Shown: positions 8,966-19,445 of the stretch, one piece after another | Layout of the letters: every line of letters begins with the position of its first letter | How positions within the stretch are numbered: position 1 is the stretch's first letter | Virus record (IMG/VR): IMGVR_UViG_3300030095_001515 | Location: 1 to 42,656 of that record | Reading direction: 5' to 3' (one strand) | From: a virus | Taxonomy: Duplodnaviria > Caudoviricetes | DNA length: 42,656 nucleotides | Position numbers and translations under genes: made by a program | The notes under the pieces: model-generated | Databases searched by the model: none | What the model was told of the DNA's origin: nothing | What the model saw: only the letters and a program-made list of their open reading frames with translations

Positions 8966-9276
8966 TGGCTAGATTCGCTAGTAACAAAAATGCATTTGGA
9001 TATTCAGAACGTTCTGGGTTTCGTTATAAACTTAAAGATATGAGAAAAGAATGGAATGGTTTAACTGTTGGCTATGATGAGTATGACTCTAAACATCCTC
9101 AACTTGATCCTATCCGTGTAGGTCCCGATCCACAAGCTTTGAGAAATCCTAAACCTAGAGTAGAGTTTATTAATGAAAAAATAGAAATACCAATATTTGA
9201 TTTAAATACATTGGTTTTTAATGCTACTCCAAGAGCAAAAGGTGAAGTAGGCACTGTAACAGTGAGTGTATCATGA
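8965..9276 (+). CDS. tail-module protein
   Basis: SERSGFRY, KHPQL, DPQALRNPKP; coupled to neighbours. Confidence 0.7.
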   Translation: MARFASNKNAFGYSERSGFRYKLKDMRKEWNGLTVGYDEYDSKHPQLDPIRVGPDPQALRNPKPRVEFINEKIEIPIFDLNTLVFNATPRAKGEVGTVTVSVS

Positions 9277-9920
9277 GTTTTACTTTAACAACATTAACTG
9301 CATCTATTCAAGAATGGACTCAAAATGATGAGTCAACGTTTGTTGCTGAAATACCTTTTTTTATAACAAATGCAGAGGAAAGAATATTTAAATCAGTTGA
9401 TTTAGATTATTTCAGAAAAAATGTAACTGGAACATTAACTAGTGGTAATAAGTTTTTGGAAAAACCATCTGATTATTTGGCAACTCATTCTTTATCTTAT
9501 GTTGACTCAAGCAGTAATAACGTCTTTCTTTTACAAAAAGATGTTAACTTTTTACAAGAATATTCACCGAATCCTTCTACAACTGGCTTACCTATTTACT
9601 ATGCACAGTTTGATGTTGATACTTTTATTGTAGCTCCTACACCAAGCAGTAGTTTTTCGGTTGAATTACATTATTTTTATAGGCCAGCATCTTTAACTAC
9701 TGATAATTCTGGCACAACTTGGATAAGTACAAATGCATCTGATGCTTTGTTGTACGCTTCATTAGTTGAGGCGTATACGTTTATGAAAGGGGAAAACGAC
9801 TTGATCCAACTTTATACATCTAGATATGTAGAATGTCTTGCACGATTGAAAAATTATGCAGAGGGTAGAAATTACTCAGATAGTTATAGAGATGGGTTAG
9901 TTAGACAACCAAGATCTTAA
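9273..9920 (+). CDS. second adaptor/tail tubular-like protein
   Basis: FITNAEERI, PIYYA, VAPTP, LLYASLVEAYTFMKG. Confidence 0.7.
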   Translation: MSFTLTTLTASIQEWTQNDESTFVAEIPFFITNAEERIFKSVDLDYFRKNVTGTLTSGNKFLEKPSDYLATHSLSYVDSSSNNVFLLQKDVNFLQEYSPNPSTTGLPIYYAQFDVDTFIVAPTPSSSFSVELHYFYRPASLTTDNSGTTWISTNASDALLYASLVEAYTFMKGENDLIQLYTSRYVECLARLKNYAEGRNYSDSYRDGLVRQPRS

Positions 9921-10645
9921 TGAAATTAAAAAACAAAAATATAGCTATTGTTGGACTTGGCAATAGTTTTTCAGAATATATATTAGCTAAAATTAGAAGC
10001 GAAAAATTTGACGAAGTTTGGGCGATAAACTCTATGTCTGGAGTCATTTATCACGATAAATGTTTTATGATGGACCCACCTTCAAGATTTCTTGACACGC
10101 CTAATGCTGGAAAGCAGACTAATATAATGGCAGATAGATTAAAAACAAAAATCAACGTTCCAATTTTTTCATGTGTTTTAGACAAAAGATGTCCAGATGT
10201 TGTAGAATATCCATTACAAAATGTTTTACAGAAAACTAAATATGCTTATTTAAACAATACTGTTGCTTATGCACTTGCTTATGCAATAGCAGAAGAAGTA
10301 TCGGATTTGCATTTGTATGGTATAGATTTTACACACAAAGCAATCAATTTTGCAGAAGCGGGTAGAGCGTGTTGTGAGTTTTGGTTAGCTATAGCGGTGT
10401 CTAAAGGAATAAAACTTCACATAGCAAACAGTTCTTCCTTGTTAGATACTAATGTTTCAGAAGATCAAAAACTTTATGGTTATCATAGATTGGATGATCC
10501 TTTGGTTTCTACAACTACACAAGGTGAAATGTTAATTACTAAAAAATCAAAACTAGAACCTCCAGAACCTTTAGATGCAACGCCTAATTTAATTGGTAGA
10601 GAGGATATACCTGGAGTAACTTACGAGGAGAAAAAAAATGTTTGA
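9920..10645 (+). CDS. GT29/Maf(MptE)-like Rossmann-fold protein, putative glycosyltransferase
   Basis: IAIVGLGNS, VWAINS, NNTVAYALAYA, LHLYGIDF. Confidence 0.5.
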   Translation: MKLKNKNIAIVGLGNSFSEYILAKIRSEKFDEVWAINSMSGVIYHDKCFMMDPPSRFLDTPNAGKQTNIMADRLKTKINVPIFSCVLDKRCPDVVEYPLQNVLQKTKYAYLNNTVAYALAYAIAEEVSDLHLYGIDFTHKAINFAEAGRACCEFWLAIAVSKGIKLHIANSSSLLDTNVSEDQKLYGYHRLDDPLVSTTTQGEMLITKKSKLEPPEPLDATPNLIGREDIPGVTYEEKKNV

Positions 10646-10925
10646 TTTAGGTTCAGGGACAGTAGGAAGTGTAAATGTTCATACCTCACATCAAGGAGGA
10701 TTAACAAATGAACAAATAGCAGATTTAGCAGTAGATAAGATAGCTAGTATTTCAGATCAAGCTCCTCCTCATGTCCGACAACAAGCCAAAATATTTAAGG
10801 AACATTTAAAAAATGTGTTGTATCATTATATATTATTGGCAAGAAGAGAAGAGCGTGGTACTATCATTCAAGCCTTACGATCAAATGGTCAAAAGGACAC
10901 GGCTGAATATATAAGGAGACTCTAA
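10638..10925 (+). CDS. hypothetical protein
   Basis: GAGGAG RBS; in operon. Confidence 0.7.
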   Translation: MFDLGSGTVGSVNVHTSHQGGLTNEQIADLAVDKIASISDQAPPHVRQQAKIFKEHLKNVLYHYILLARREERGTIIQALRSNGQKDTAEYIRRL

Positions 10926-10926
10926 T

Positions 10927-11382
10927 ATGGCTATAGCACAAGCAATGTGTACTTCCTTCAAAAAAGAGTTATTAGAAGGTGTACACAATTTTAAAAACTC
11001 AGGTGGTAATGATTTTAAATTAGCACTTTTTGCAGAAGGCACTGGTGCAAAATCAAGTACAACTGCAACATTAGGAGCTACAACAACTGCATTGGTTACA
11101 ACTGGTGAAGTTACTTCTAGTGGCACATATGTAACTGGAGGTTTGGTTTTAACAAGAGTAGACCCAACTACATCAAGTACAACTGCATTTACGGATTTTA
11201 ATGATTTAAGTTTCACAACTGCATCAATTACTGCAATGGGAGCTTTAATTTATAATAGTTCTGCTTCTAACAAAGCAGTATGTGTTTTAGATTTTACATC
11301 TAATAAGACATCTACGTCTGGAACTTTTACAATTCAGTTTCCAACTGCTGATGCAAGTAATGCGATTATAAGGATAGCCTAA
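10927..11382 (+). CDS. virion structural protein
   Basis: MCTSFKKELL, FKLALF, GALIYN, FTIQFP, AIIRIA. Confidence 0.75.
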   Translation: MAIAQAMCTSFKKELLEGVHNFKNSGGNDFKLALFAEGTGAKSSTTATLGATTTALVTTGEVTSSGTYVTGGLVLTRVDPTTSSTTAFTDFNDLSFTTASITAMGALIYNSSASNKAVCVLDFTSNKTSTSGTFTIQFPTADASNAIIRIA

Positions 11383-11383
11383 A

Positions 11384-12244
11384 TTGTCAAATACTACCTT
11401 ACAAGGTTGGGGTAGAGGTACATGGGGTCAAGGTCCTTGGAATGAACATATCAATGTTATAATTGATAGCACTAGTCCTGTACAAATACTTGGAACAACT
11501 GCTTTAGGGACTCCTGATGGCATACCTGGTGTAAACGTAGCAGTAACAGGTTTATCTGCAACTACTGCTATAAGTCAAACTGGTGCAAGTACAGTTACAT
11601 ATACTGTTACTGTTGTTTCTGGCAATCCCTCAAATCATCCATATTATAATCAAGGATCTACTAACAAGTACGCTATTGGTGGATCAACAGCATCAGCAGA
11701 TGTTAACTTAACTTTGTATGAGGGCAACACTTATAGGTTTGATCAAAGTGATAGTAGTAATGATGGTCATCCACTTAGAATTTATCAAACGGCAGACAAA
11801 AGCCTAGGTGAGTACACCACTGGAGTGACCACTAATGGTACGCCAGGACAAGCGGGAGCTTACACAGAAATTACTGTGGCAGATGGTGCACCTAGATTGT
11901 TTTACCAATGTAGTAATCATGCTTTCATGGGTGCGACAATAACCACTCATGGAATACCGAACATAGATGCTGCAACTGGAGCACCTGTTTCTGCTAACAC
12001 TCCAGTAAGCATTGCAATGACAACTGCTTTAGGTAATGAAACTATTGTTACTGCAATTGAAATTGCACCTCCTGATTACAATAATAGGTTGTCCGCTTTA
12101 CAATCATCAATTAATGATGTTGTCATAATACCTCAATGTGTGGTATCGTTAACGGGTGTTAGTGCTACTGGTAGCACGGGAGAAGAATTAGTATATAGTT
12201 TAATAGTACCAAATCAAACAGCTAACTGGCAAGAGGTGGCATAA
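11384..12244 (+). CDS. tail protein with cupredoxin-like domain
   Basis: TTG start; WGxGxWG N-terminus; GHPL...YQCSNHAFMG. Confidence 0.7.
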   Translation: MSNTTLQGWGRGTWGQGPWNEHINVIIDSTSPVQILGTTALGTPDGIPGVNVAVTGLSATTAISQTGASTVTYTVTVVSGNPSNHPYYNQGSTNKYAIGGSTASADVNLTLYEGNTYRFDQSDSSNDGHPLRIYQTADKSLGEYTTGVTTNGTPGQAGAYTEITVADGAPRLFYQCSNHAFMGATITTHGIPNIDAATGAPVSANTPVSIAMTTALGNETIVTAIEIAPPDYNNRLSALQSSINDVVIIPQCVVSLTGVSATGSTGEELVYSLIVPNQTANWQEVA

Positions 12245-13611
12245 TGGCAAGTACATTTGTAAATAATTTAAGACTCGAAGAAATGAATACTGGCGAGCAG
12301 TCAGGACAATGGGGTACTAAAACTAACACAAACTTAGAACTTATAGGTGAGGCATTAGGGTTTGGCACGGAAGCCATAACAACAAACGCAGATACTCATG
12401 CAACCACTGTTGCAGACGCTACTAGTGATGCTGGTAGAGCAATATATATAATATACACTGGAACATTAGATTCTTCTTGTACTATTACTATTGGTCCAGA
12501 CAATTTAAAAAGAGTTCATATAATAAAAAATGGCACAAGTGGATCACAAGACATACTTATAAAACAAGGATCTGGTGGTGGTGCAGCAGTTACTATACCA
12601 AATGGAGACACAAAAGTTGTTTCTTTAGATGGAAATGGATCTGGAGCGATAGTCACAGATGTATTTGCATCTCTACAAGTAGGAAACTTAAAAGCTACTG
12701 GTGCTATTACTTCTACAGGAAGAATAGTTTCAGATGATACGACTGCGGCAACAAGCACAACTGATGGTTCATTACAAACCGATGGTGGTTTAAGTGTAGC
12801 GGCAGATGCTATAATTGGAGATGATTTAAAATTACTATCAGACTCTGCTGTTCTTTCATTAGGTTTGGGTAGTGATGCTACTCTCACACATGATGGAACA
12901 ACTGGTTTAACAATAGCAGCAACACCAATATCAGTTGATTCCACTGGAGAATTACATTTAAATTCCACAACTGGTGATATTAAATTACAAGATGGTGGAG
13001 TTGACCAAATAGCATTTGATTTAGATGGCACTGCTGGAGAGGTAATAATGAAACCAGCAGTTAACTCTGATGATTTAGTTATATCACAGTTTGATGGTAC
13101 AGAGGTTGTTCGCATAGAAGATGATGCAAGTTTAGGATTAGTTGGCAACAAACTTAACATAGCAAACTCATCTAGTGATGTCGTTATCAAACCTCTTACA
13201 GATGCTAAAGATATAATATTTCAACAGTTTGATGGCACAGCAGTTATGACTGTAGAGGATAATGTTTCTCTTGCAATCAATAATGACATAACAGTAGCTG
13301 GAAGAGCATCAGGTCATGTTGTAGATAATAGCAACAGTTTTACATTTGATTTATCTACTGGCAATGATTTTAAAACAACATCAAATACTGGATCTACTAT
13401 TACATTTTCTAATGTCACTGCTGGTCAATCTGGAAACATCATGTTAGTAAATGGTGGTAATCATGCTATTGTTGGACATGATGCAGTAGCAATAAATGCA
13501 AGTGTTTTAACTACAATAAGTGCAACAGGCACTTATCACTTAGCTTATTTTGTAACTGCCGCAAGTGGTGATAATACAATATTAGTTTCAGCATCGGCAA
13601 TATTAACATAA
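12244..13611 (+). CDS. tail fibre protein
   Basis: GEQSGQWGTKTNTNL anchor; Gly/Thr/Asp-rich; internal repeat SDDLVISQFDGT/AKDIIFQQFDGT. Confidence 0.75.
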   Translation: MASTFVNNLRLEEMNTGEQSGQWGTKTNTNLELIGEALGFGTEAITTNADTHATTVADATSDAGRAIYIIYTGTLDSSCTITIGPDNLKRVHIIKNGTSGSQDILIKQGSGGGAAVTIPNGDTKVVSLDGNGSGAIVTDVFASLQVGNLKATGAITSTGRIVSDDTTAATSTTDGSLQTDGGLSVAADAIIGDDLKLLSDSAVLSLGLGSDATLTHDGTTGLTIAATPISVDSTGELHLNSTTGDIKLQDGGVDQIAFDLDGTAGEVIMKPAVNSDDLVISQFDGTEVVRIEDDASLGLVGNKLNIANSSSDVVIKPLTDAKDIIFQQFDGTAVMTVEDNVSLAINNDITVAGRASGHVVDNSNSFTFDLSTGNDFKTTSNTGSTITFSNVTAGQSGNIMLVNGGNHAIVGHDAVAINASVLTTISATGTYHLAYFVTAASGDNTILVSASAILT

Positions 13612-13620
13612 GGTCTATTT

Positions 13621-16194
13621 ATGAGTATAATAAAGGCAAATGGTGCAGGAGATCAAAGTACAGGATTTTATAATAATGTTGGAATGAGATCACTAAGAGG
13701 TGGACCAGTTAATGGAAGTTCATTTCTATCTCAAACATTTAGTGCTGGAACTTCAACTGGTAGTGGTGATACTTGTACTCTTTCATGTTGGGTGAAAAGA
13801 GTTGATGTGCCTAATACTGGTTATAATCAATATATTTTTACTGCAGGAGCAGCAAGTGATGCTTTTACATTATGGTTTTCAGCAGCAAGTGACCAATTAA
13901 TATTTCGTAGAAATAATGGTGCAGTTACCATAACCACCTCAAGATACTTTCGTGATCCTACTGCTTGGTTTAATATTGTTCTTAGAATAAAAACATCAGA
14001 ATCATCAGATGATGACAAATATCAAATATGGATAAATGGTCTTCGTGAAACTGTCACTCGTTCAGGAACTCCTGTTACTACATTTTTAGGTGTGAATAGT
14101 CAAATTCATAATGTGCTTAAATACCCAAATGGATCATCATATGGAAATATGTATTTATCAGATATGAACTTTGTTGATGGCTTGGCTTTAGATGCAAGTT
14201 ATTTTGGTGAATTTAAAAAAGATATTTGGATAGCTAAAAATCCAAATGTAAGTAATTATGGTACAAATGGATTTAGATTTAAGTTTGATAAAACTGGACT
14301 TGGCACAGGTTCAGCTTCAACAATTGGTGCAGATAGTAGTGGAAAAAATAATCATTTTGATTCTAGTGGTATAGTCGCATCTGATTGTGCCATGATTGAT
14401 ACTCCAGAAAATAATTTTTGCACGATGAACCCTCTTGAGAAAGGCTCTAACTCTTCATTTTTTTCATCTAAAGGCAGTCTTAGAATGAAACAAACTGCTG
14501 ATGATGTAACTTGTAGTACATTTGCTTTTGATATAGCAACAAGTAAATTGTATGCAGAGTTTCTTATAGTTACTAGTCCTGGTGCATCAACAGGATTCGG
14601 CATTACTGTAGCGAATGTAGCATCATCTATAAGTGATGTATCAGGAGCAAATGCAGGAAACTACCATTTTAATGCTTATGGACAACATAGGCATACTAGC
14701 TATTCATCAGGCTATGGTGCTTCAGTTACTACAGGAGATGTTGTTGGCATAAGAATTGATGAAGGTTCAGTATATTTTTATAAAAATGGTACAATACTTA
14801 ATTCTTCAGCAGCTTTTAGTAGTTTAACTGGAGAGTTCTTTTTTTCTATTGCTGAATACTCTGGTACAAATGTTGAAGTTCATGCAAATTTTGGACAAGA
14901 CTTTACATTTAGTGGCTACATGGATAGTAGCACAACAGCGAAAACTCCATCTAATTCAGGCAATGGAACTTTAGATGACAATAATGTAGGTAGGTTTTTT
15001 AACGCACCTCCTTCAGGTCATGTAGCACTTTGTGCAGAAAATTTACCAGAACCAGTTATAGGCCCAAACTCAGATACTAAAGCATCAGATCATTTTGATG
15101 TTCTTCTTTGGGATGGAAATGGTAGTAATAAAACTGTAACTGGTGCAGCTTTTAAAGGGGACTGGTTATGGTCTAAAGATTTAACTGGAACTGAAAATCA
15201 TGTTTGGATAGATACAAGTAGAGGTTTAACAAAACGACTAACCACAAATTCTAGTGCTGGAGACACAAATGATACTAATGCTACCTTTACATCTTTTAAT
15301 GCACCATCTTCAAGTGGAGCAACAGATGGAGGCTTTACTTTAACTCAATATCACGATCAAAACGTAAGTAGTTCTAGTAATGTTGGTTGGCTATGGAAAG
15401 CAAATGGTGGAACAACATCTACAAATGATGCAAGTTCAACAGGTGTGGGAGCTACAGATAGCGTAATACAAGCAAATACAATTGCTGGGTTTAGTATAGT
15501 TACATATACTGGCACTGGCTCAACAACAACTATAAAACATGGTTTACAGGTTAATGGTGTAGCAGCAGTACCAGAAGTTATGATTATTAAAAACAGAGAT
15601 GCCAGTCATAGTTGGGCAGGGTTTTATCATCATTTAATGGCTGGTTCGGCAGCAGCATCTGCTACTGATTATTTAAGTTTGGATGGTGCAAGTAATCTAG
15701 TTGATGATGCAACAATGTGGGCTGATACCCCACCTACAGATACAGTTTTTACTGTAGGGAGTGCAAGTAATACTGGGTCATCTGATGCTTTCGTTGGTTA
15801 TTTCTTTAAAGGTATAGATGGTTATAGTAAGTTTGGTACTTATGTGGCTGATGCTTCAATAGGACCCTTTGTTTTTTTAGGATTTCGCCCGTCTTTCATA
15901 ATTATAAAAAACACAAGTAACGGCAACAATTGGACTATATTGGATGACACTAGGTTTGGTGTAGGCACAACACAAAGACCAAATCCAATACTTTCACATT
16001 TAGCTGTTAATACGACAAGTGCTGAATTTGATAGTGACAGTTATCCACTATGTGATTTTACAGCAGGTGGATTTAGAATTAGGTTAGGTGGCACAGGTTC
16101 AACTTTAGCACAAAATGTAAATAGAGCTAATGGAGATATATATATTTATTTGGCATTTGCCCATTCACCTTTTAAATACTCAAACGCCTTTTAG
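13621..16194 (+). CDS. receptor-binding/tail fibre protein with ConA-like (LamG) and SPRY-like domains
   Basis: TLSCWVKR, FRDPTAWFNIV, DTPENNFCTMNPL, GFSIVTYTG, GFRPSFIIIK, YIYLAFA. Confidence 0.8.
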   Translation: MSIIKANGAGDQSTGFYNNVGMRSLRGGPVNGSSFLSQTFSAGTSTGSGDTCTLSCWVKRVDVPNTGYNQYIFTAGAASDAFTLWFSAASDQLIFRRNNGAVTITTSRYFRDPTAWFNIVLRIKTSESSDDDKYQIWINGLRETVTRSGTPVTTFLGVNSQIHNVLKYPNGSSYGNMYLSDMNFVDGLALDASYFGEFKKDIWIAKNPNVSNYGTNGFRFKFDKTGLGTGSASTIGADSSGKNNHFDSSGIVASDCAMIDTPENNFCTMNPLEKGSNSSFFSSKGSLRMKQTADDVTCSTFAFDIATSKLYAEFLIVTSPGASTGFGITVANVASSISDVSGANAGNYHFNAYGQHRHTSYSSGYGASVTTGDVVGIRIDEGSVYFYKNGTILNSSAAFSSLTGEFFFSIAEYSGTNVEVHANFGQDFTFSGYMDSSTTAKTPSNSGNGTLDDNNVGRFFNAPPSGHVALCAENLPEPVIGPNSDTKASDHFDVLLWDGNGSNKTVTGAAFKGDWLWSKDLTGTENHVWIDTSRGLTKRLTTNSSAGDTNDTNATFTSFNAPSSSGATDGGFTLTQYHDQNVSSSSNVGWLWKANGGTTSTNDASSTGVGATDSVIQANTIAGFSIVTYTGTGSTTTIKHGLQVNGVAAVPEVMIIKNRDASHSWAGFYHHLMAGSAAASATDYLSLDGASNLVDDATMWADTPPTDTVFTVGSASNTGSSDAFVGYFFKGIDGYSKFGTYVADASIGPFVFLGFRPSFIIIKNTSNGNNWTILDDTRFGVGTTQRPNPILSHLAVNTTSAEFDSDSYPLCDFTAGGFRIRLGGTGSTLAQNVNRANGDIYIYLAFAHSPFKYSNAF

Positions 16195-16205
16195 GAGAAA
16201 ATATT

Positions 16206-17021
16206 ATGCCCTGGAAACACAATGGTAGAACCATAGAAATAGGAAAAGCATGGATTAGTGATGATAACTATAAATATCCTAATCAATGGAATACATTAAC
16301 AGATGAACAAAAAAAATCTGCTGGTTTAGTTTGGGAAGATGATCCAACACCACAACCATACTTTGACTCTTTTTATTATTATGGGTGGAACTCTGATGGA
16401 GATGCTTTATTACCAAAGCCACTTGCTGATTTAAAGATATTAAAAATAGATGAAGCTAAAAAAACATCTGCAAGTCTACTTCAAGATACAGATTGGTATG
16501 TAACTCGTAAATCAGAAACAGATGTTGCTATACCAAGTGGAATAAGTGCATACAGAACAGCAGTAAGAACTGTTTATACTGCACTTAAAACTGCTATTAA
16601 CAATGCCTCTGATATTGATTCTTTAATAGCTTGTTATGGATCAATAGCAGGTGCATCAATAACAGATAAAACAATAGATGCTACTTCATCAAGTGTTGTA
16701 AGTACGTCAGATAATACTATTACAAGTAATGGTCATGGTTTTGTAAATGATGAGCAAGTTAATTACAATGCTGGATTAAACTCAAGTGATGCAGAAGCAG
16801 CGGTTATAGGTGGATTAGTAAATAACACAACATATTATGTAATATCAACTGCCACAAACACATTTAAATTATCAGAAAGTCATAGTAATTGTGGTGATGC
16901 GGCAGTTGTTTCACTTACAGGATTATCTAGTGATGGCACAAAACAGACATTTACATCACAAGGTAAACCCAATGTAGGACAAACATTTCCTAATTTTAAT
17001 ATGCCTAAATATTCTGCGTAA
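16206..17021 (+). CDS. tail fibre assembly-like protein with extra beta domain
   Basis: LLQDTDWYVTR..E, YRTAVR; C-terminal HGF...TYYVI module. Confidence 0.6.
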   Translation: MPWKHNGRTIEIGKAWISDDNYKYPNQWNTLTDEQKKSAGLVWEDDPTPQPYFDSFYYYGWNSDGDALLPKPLADLKILKIDEAKKTSASLLQDTDWYVTRKSETDVAIPSGISAYRTAVRTVYTALKTAINNASDIDSLIACYGSIAGASITDKTIDATSSSVVSTSDNTITSNGHGFVNDEQVNYNAGLNSSDAEAAVIGGLVNNTTYYVISTATNTFKLSESHSNCGDAAVVSLTGLSSDGTKQTFTSQGKPNVGQTFPNFNMPKYSA

Positions 17022-17030
17022 AGGTGTTAA

Positions 17031-17654
17031 ATGCCTATAACAAAATTACAATTCAGACCTGGCATAAATAAGGAAACAACTTCTTATTCAAATAAAGGTG
17101 GTTGGAATGATTGTGATCTTGTTCGATTTCGTTTTGGATACCCAGAAAAATTAGGTGGTTGGGAAAAGTATTCTATAAATACTTTTTTAGGTTCTTCCAG
17201 ATCCCTTCACGCTTGGGCAAATTTACAAGGCAACAAATACTTAGGAATAGGAACTGAAATAAAGTTTTATATAGAAGAGTCACAAGGTTACACCGATATA
17301 ACTCCTCTTAGACGTAAAGTTGTAAGTGGAGTCACTGTATTTGATATAAATGGTTTAGAAGTAACTTCCTTAGTTTCTGGTGTAGCAGGAACCACGGGTA
17401 TTGGTGCTCCAGAGACGGATGATGCCGGTAATCCTACATTCATATCTGCCTCTGGAGGTTCTGATGTAAGTGCACAATATCCTGTAAAGTCAATTAATCC
17501 AGAAAATAATTTAAGAATATTAGGAACAACTTCTGTTGGAACAGTTACAGTAGAAACAGTACAAAGACCAGTACAGGCAAACATTTTTGCTACAGGTCAA
17601 GTTGGTACAGTAACAGTAGAAGACACTAGGAATGAAACAATTCAAGTAGGTTAA
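17031..17654 (+). CDS. tail nozzle/stabilization protein, N-terminal part
   Basis: KLQFRPGINKE, VRFRFGYPEKLGGW, DITPLR. Confidence 0.65.
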   Translation: MPITKLQFRPGINKETTSYSNKGGWNDCDLVRFRFGYPEKLGGWEKYSINTFLGSSRSLHAWANLQGNKYLGIGTEIKFYIEESQGYTDITPLRRKVVSGVTVFDINGLEVTSLVSGVAGTTGIGAPETDDAGNPTFISASGGSDVSAQYPVKSINPENNLRILGTTSVGTVTVETVQRPVQANIFATGQVGTVTVEDTRNETIQVG

Positions 17655-17655
17655 A

Positions 17656-19221
17656 ATGGCAATAACTTTTACATCTGCAACTGATAGCAATAGTGTTACT
17701 GTTAATGACACTGACCACGGATCTTTAGTAGGAGATTTTGTAACATTTACTAATGTAAGTACGGGTAATTCTTCTTTGAATACTCAACTAAATAATGAGT
17801 TTTCTATAACATCTATAACTAATGACAATAGTTATGTCATAACTATTCCAAATGATTCTGACGGAGCCACTGTAAATGCTGCTGCTGCTTTGTCCAGTGC
17901 AGGTTCGGCTGATGCAGAATATCAACTTAACGTAGGTATTAACACAGTTGTGCCAGGAGATGGATGGGGTGCTGGAACTTGGGGTGCAGATGGATGGGGT
18001 TCTGCGTCAGCGGAAGATTTTGCTGGTGGTGGCAGTATGCGTCTATGGTCACAAGATAATTTTGGTGAAGATTTAATATTTAATCAAAAAGATGCTTTCG
18101 TTTTTTACTGGGACAAAACTTTAGGAACAAGTGTAAGGGCAAAAAATTTAATCGAATTAGCTGATGCTGCACCAATAAGATCTCGTAAAGTTATTGTTTC
18201 AGAAAGAGATCGTCATGTAATTTGTTTTGGTGCAAATCCAATAGGTGAAACAGTGCAAGACAGATTACTTATTCGTTTTAGTTCACAAGAAAACCCTTTT
18301 TTGTGGACACCTTCTGCTAGAAATACTGCGGGCGATTTAAGAATTGGTTCTGGTTCTGAAATTGTTACTGCCGTAAAAACAAGACGAGAGATGATTGTTT
18401 TAACGGATTCTTCTGTACATAGTATGCAGTTTATAGGACCTCCATTTACATTTGGTATTTCACAACTTGCAAGTGCCATAACTGTTAGAGGATTTAATAG
18501 TGCTGTTGCAATTGGTGATGCTGTTATGTGGATGGGATATGATCGTTTTTACATCTATGATGGTCGTGTTCAAGTAATTCCTTGTTCCGTCAGAGATCAT
18601 GTATTTAGAGATTTTAACGAAACACAATCAGATAAAGTTTACGCTGGAATAAATTCAGCTTTTGGTGAGGTGTTTTGGTTTTATCCATCTGCAACTAATT
18701 CTGGTGCAAATGGTGGAACTGATGAAAATGATAGATATGTTGTATACAATTACGATCAAAAGATTTGGTATGTTGGATCGTTAGCAAGAACATCATGGGT
18801 AGATAGGGGTGTATATCAATATCCAATGGCTACAGATTCTAATCTCGTATATAATCATGAAAAAGGCAATGATAATGATGGCACTGCGTTTACATCATTT
18901 ATTGAATCAAGTCCTATTGATATACAAGATGGCGATCAATTTGTTTTTATTAGAAGAATGATACCTGACGTAAGTTTTGATAATAGCGATGCTACTATTA
19001 GCAATGATAATAAACAAGCAGTGTTTTCATTAAAAGCACAAAGAAGTCCCGCTGGAGGTTTTATCAAAACATCAACAAACGCAGTATCATCCACCACAGA
19101 ACTTAATCACTTGCGATTACGTGGAAGGTCTTTTGGTCTTAGAGTAGAAAGCACAACACAAGGTGTGAACTGGAGGTTTGGCACACCAAGAGTCGATATA
19201 AGATTGGATGGAGATAGATGA
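17656..19221 (+). CDS. tail nozzle/stabilization protein (P22 gp10-like), main part
   Basis: WSQDNFGEDL, IRFSSQE, FIGPPFTFG, EVFWFYPS, RLRGR. Confidence 0.7.
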   Translation: MAITFTSATDSNSVTVNDTDHGSLVGDFVTFTNVSTGNSSLNTQLNNEFSITSITNDNSYVITIPNDSDGATVNAAAALSSAGSADAEYQLNVGINTVVPGDGWGAGTWGADGWGSASAEDFAGGGSMRLWSQDNFGEDLIFNQKDAFVFYWDKTLGTSVRAKNLIELADAAPIRSRKVIVSERDRHVICFGANPIGETVQDRLLIRFSSQENPFLWTPSARNTAGDLRIGSGSEIVTAVKTRREMIVLTDSSVHSMQFIGPPFTFGISQLASAITVRGFNSAVAIGDAVMWMGYDRFYIYDGRVQVIPCSVRDHVFRDFNETQSDKVYAGINSAFGEVFWFYPSATNSGANGGTDENDRYVVYNYDQKIWYVGSLARTSWVDRGVYQYPMATDSNLVYNHEKGNDNDGTAFTSFIESSPIDIQDGDQFVFIRRMIPDVSFDNSDATISNDNKQAVFSLKAQRSPAGGFIKTSTNAVSSTTELNHLRLRGRSFGLRVESTTQGVNWRFGTPRVDIRLDGDR

Positions 19222-19445
19222 GTAGACAATTAGTACCACCAAATTTTTCATTACCACCAGATGAATATGATGTTCAATATTTTAATGAAATGGTAAGAAG
19301 TTTAAGTCAACTTGTGGTACAATTACAAAACCCTGGAGAACTTCGTGGCACTAAGATTACTTTGACGGATTTGCCTACAAGTGATACAGATTTAGAGGTG
19401 GGTGCTTTGTTTAATGATAATGGAACTATAAAAGTTAAAACATGA
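19218..19445 (+). CDS. small tail-associated protein
   Basis: ATGA coupling; LPTSD.DLEVGALFNDNGTIKV. Confidence 0.65.
   Translation: MSRQLVPPNFSLPPDEYDVQYFNEMVRSLSQLVVQLQNPGELRGTKITLTDLPTSDTDLEVGALFNDNGTIKVKT

Noticed and set aside
13621-16194. Diversity-generating retroelement target in the tail fibre
   Set aside because: No reverse transcriptase and no TR/VR pair seen in the window.
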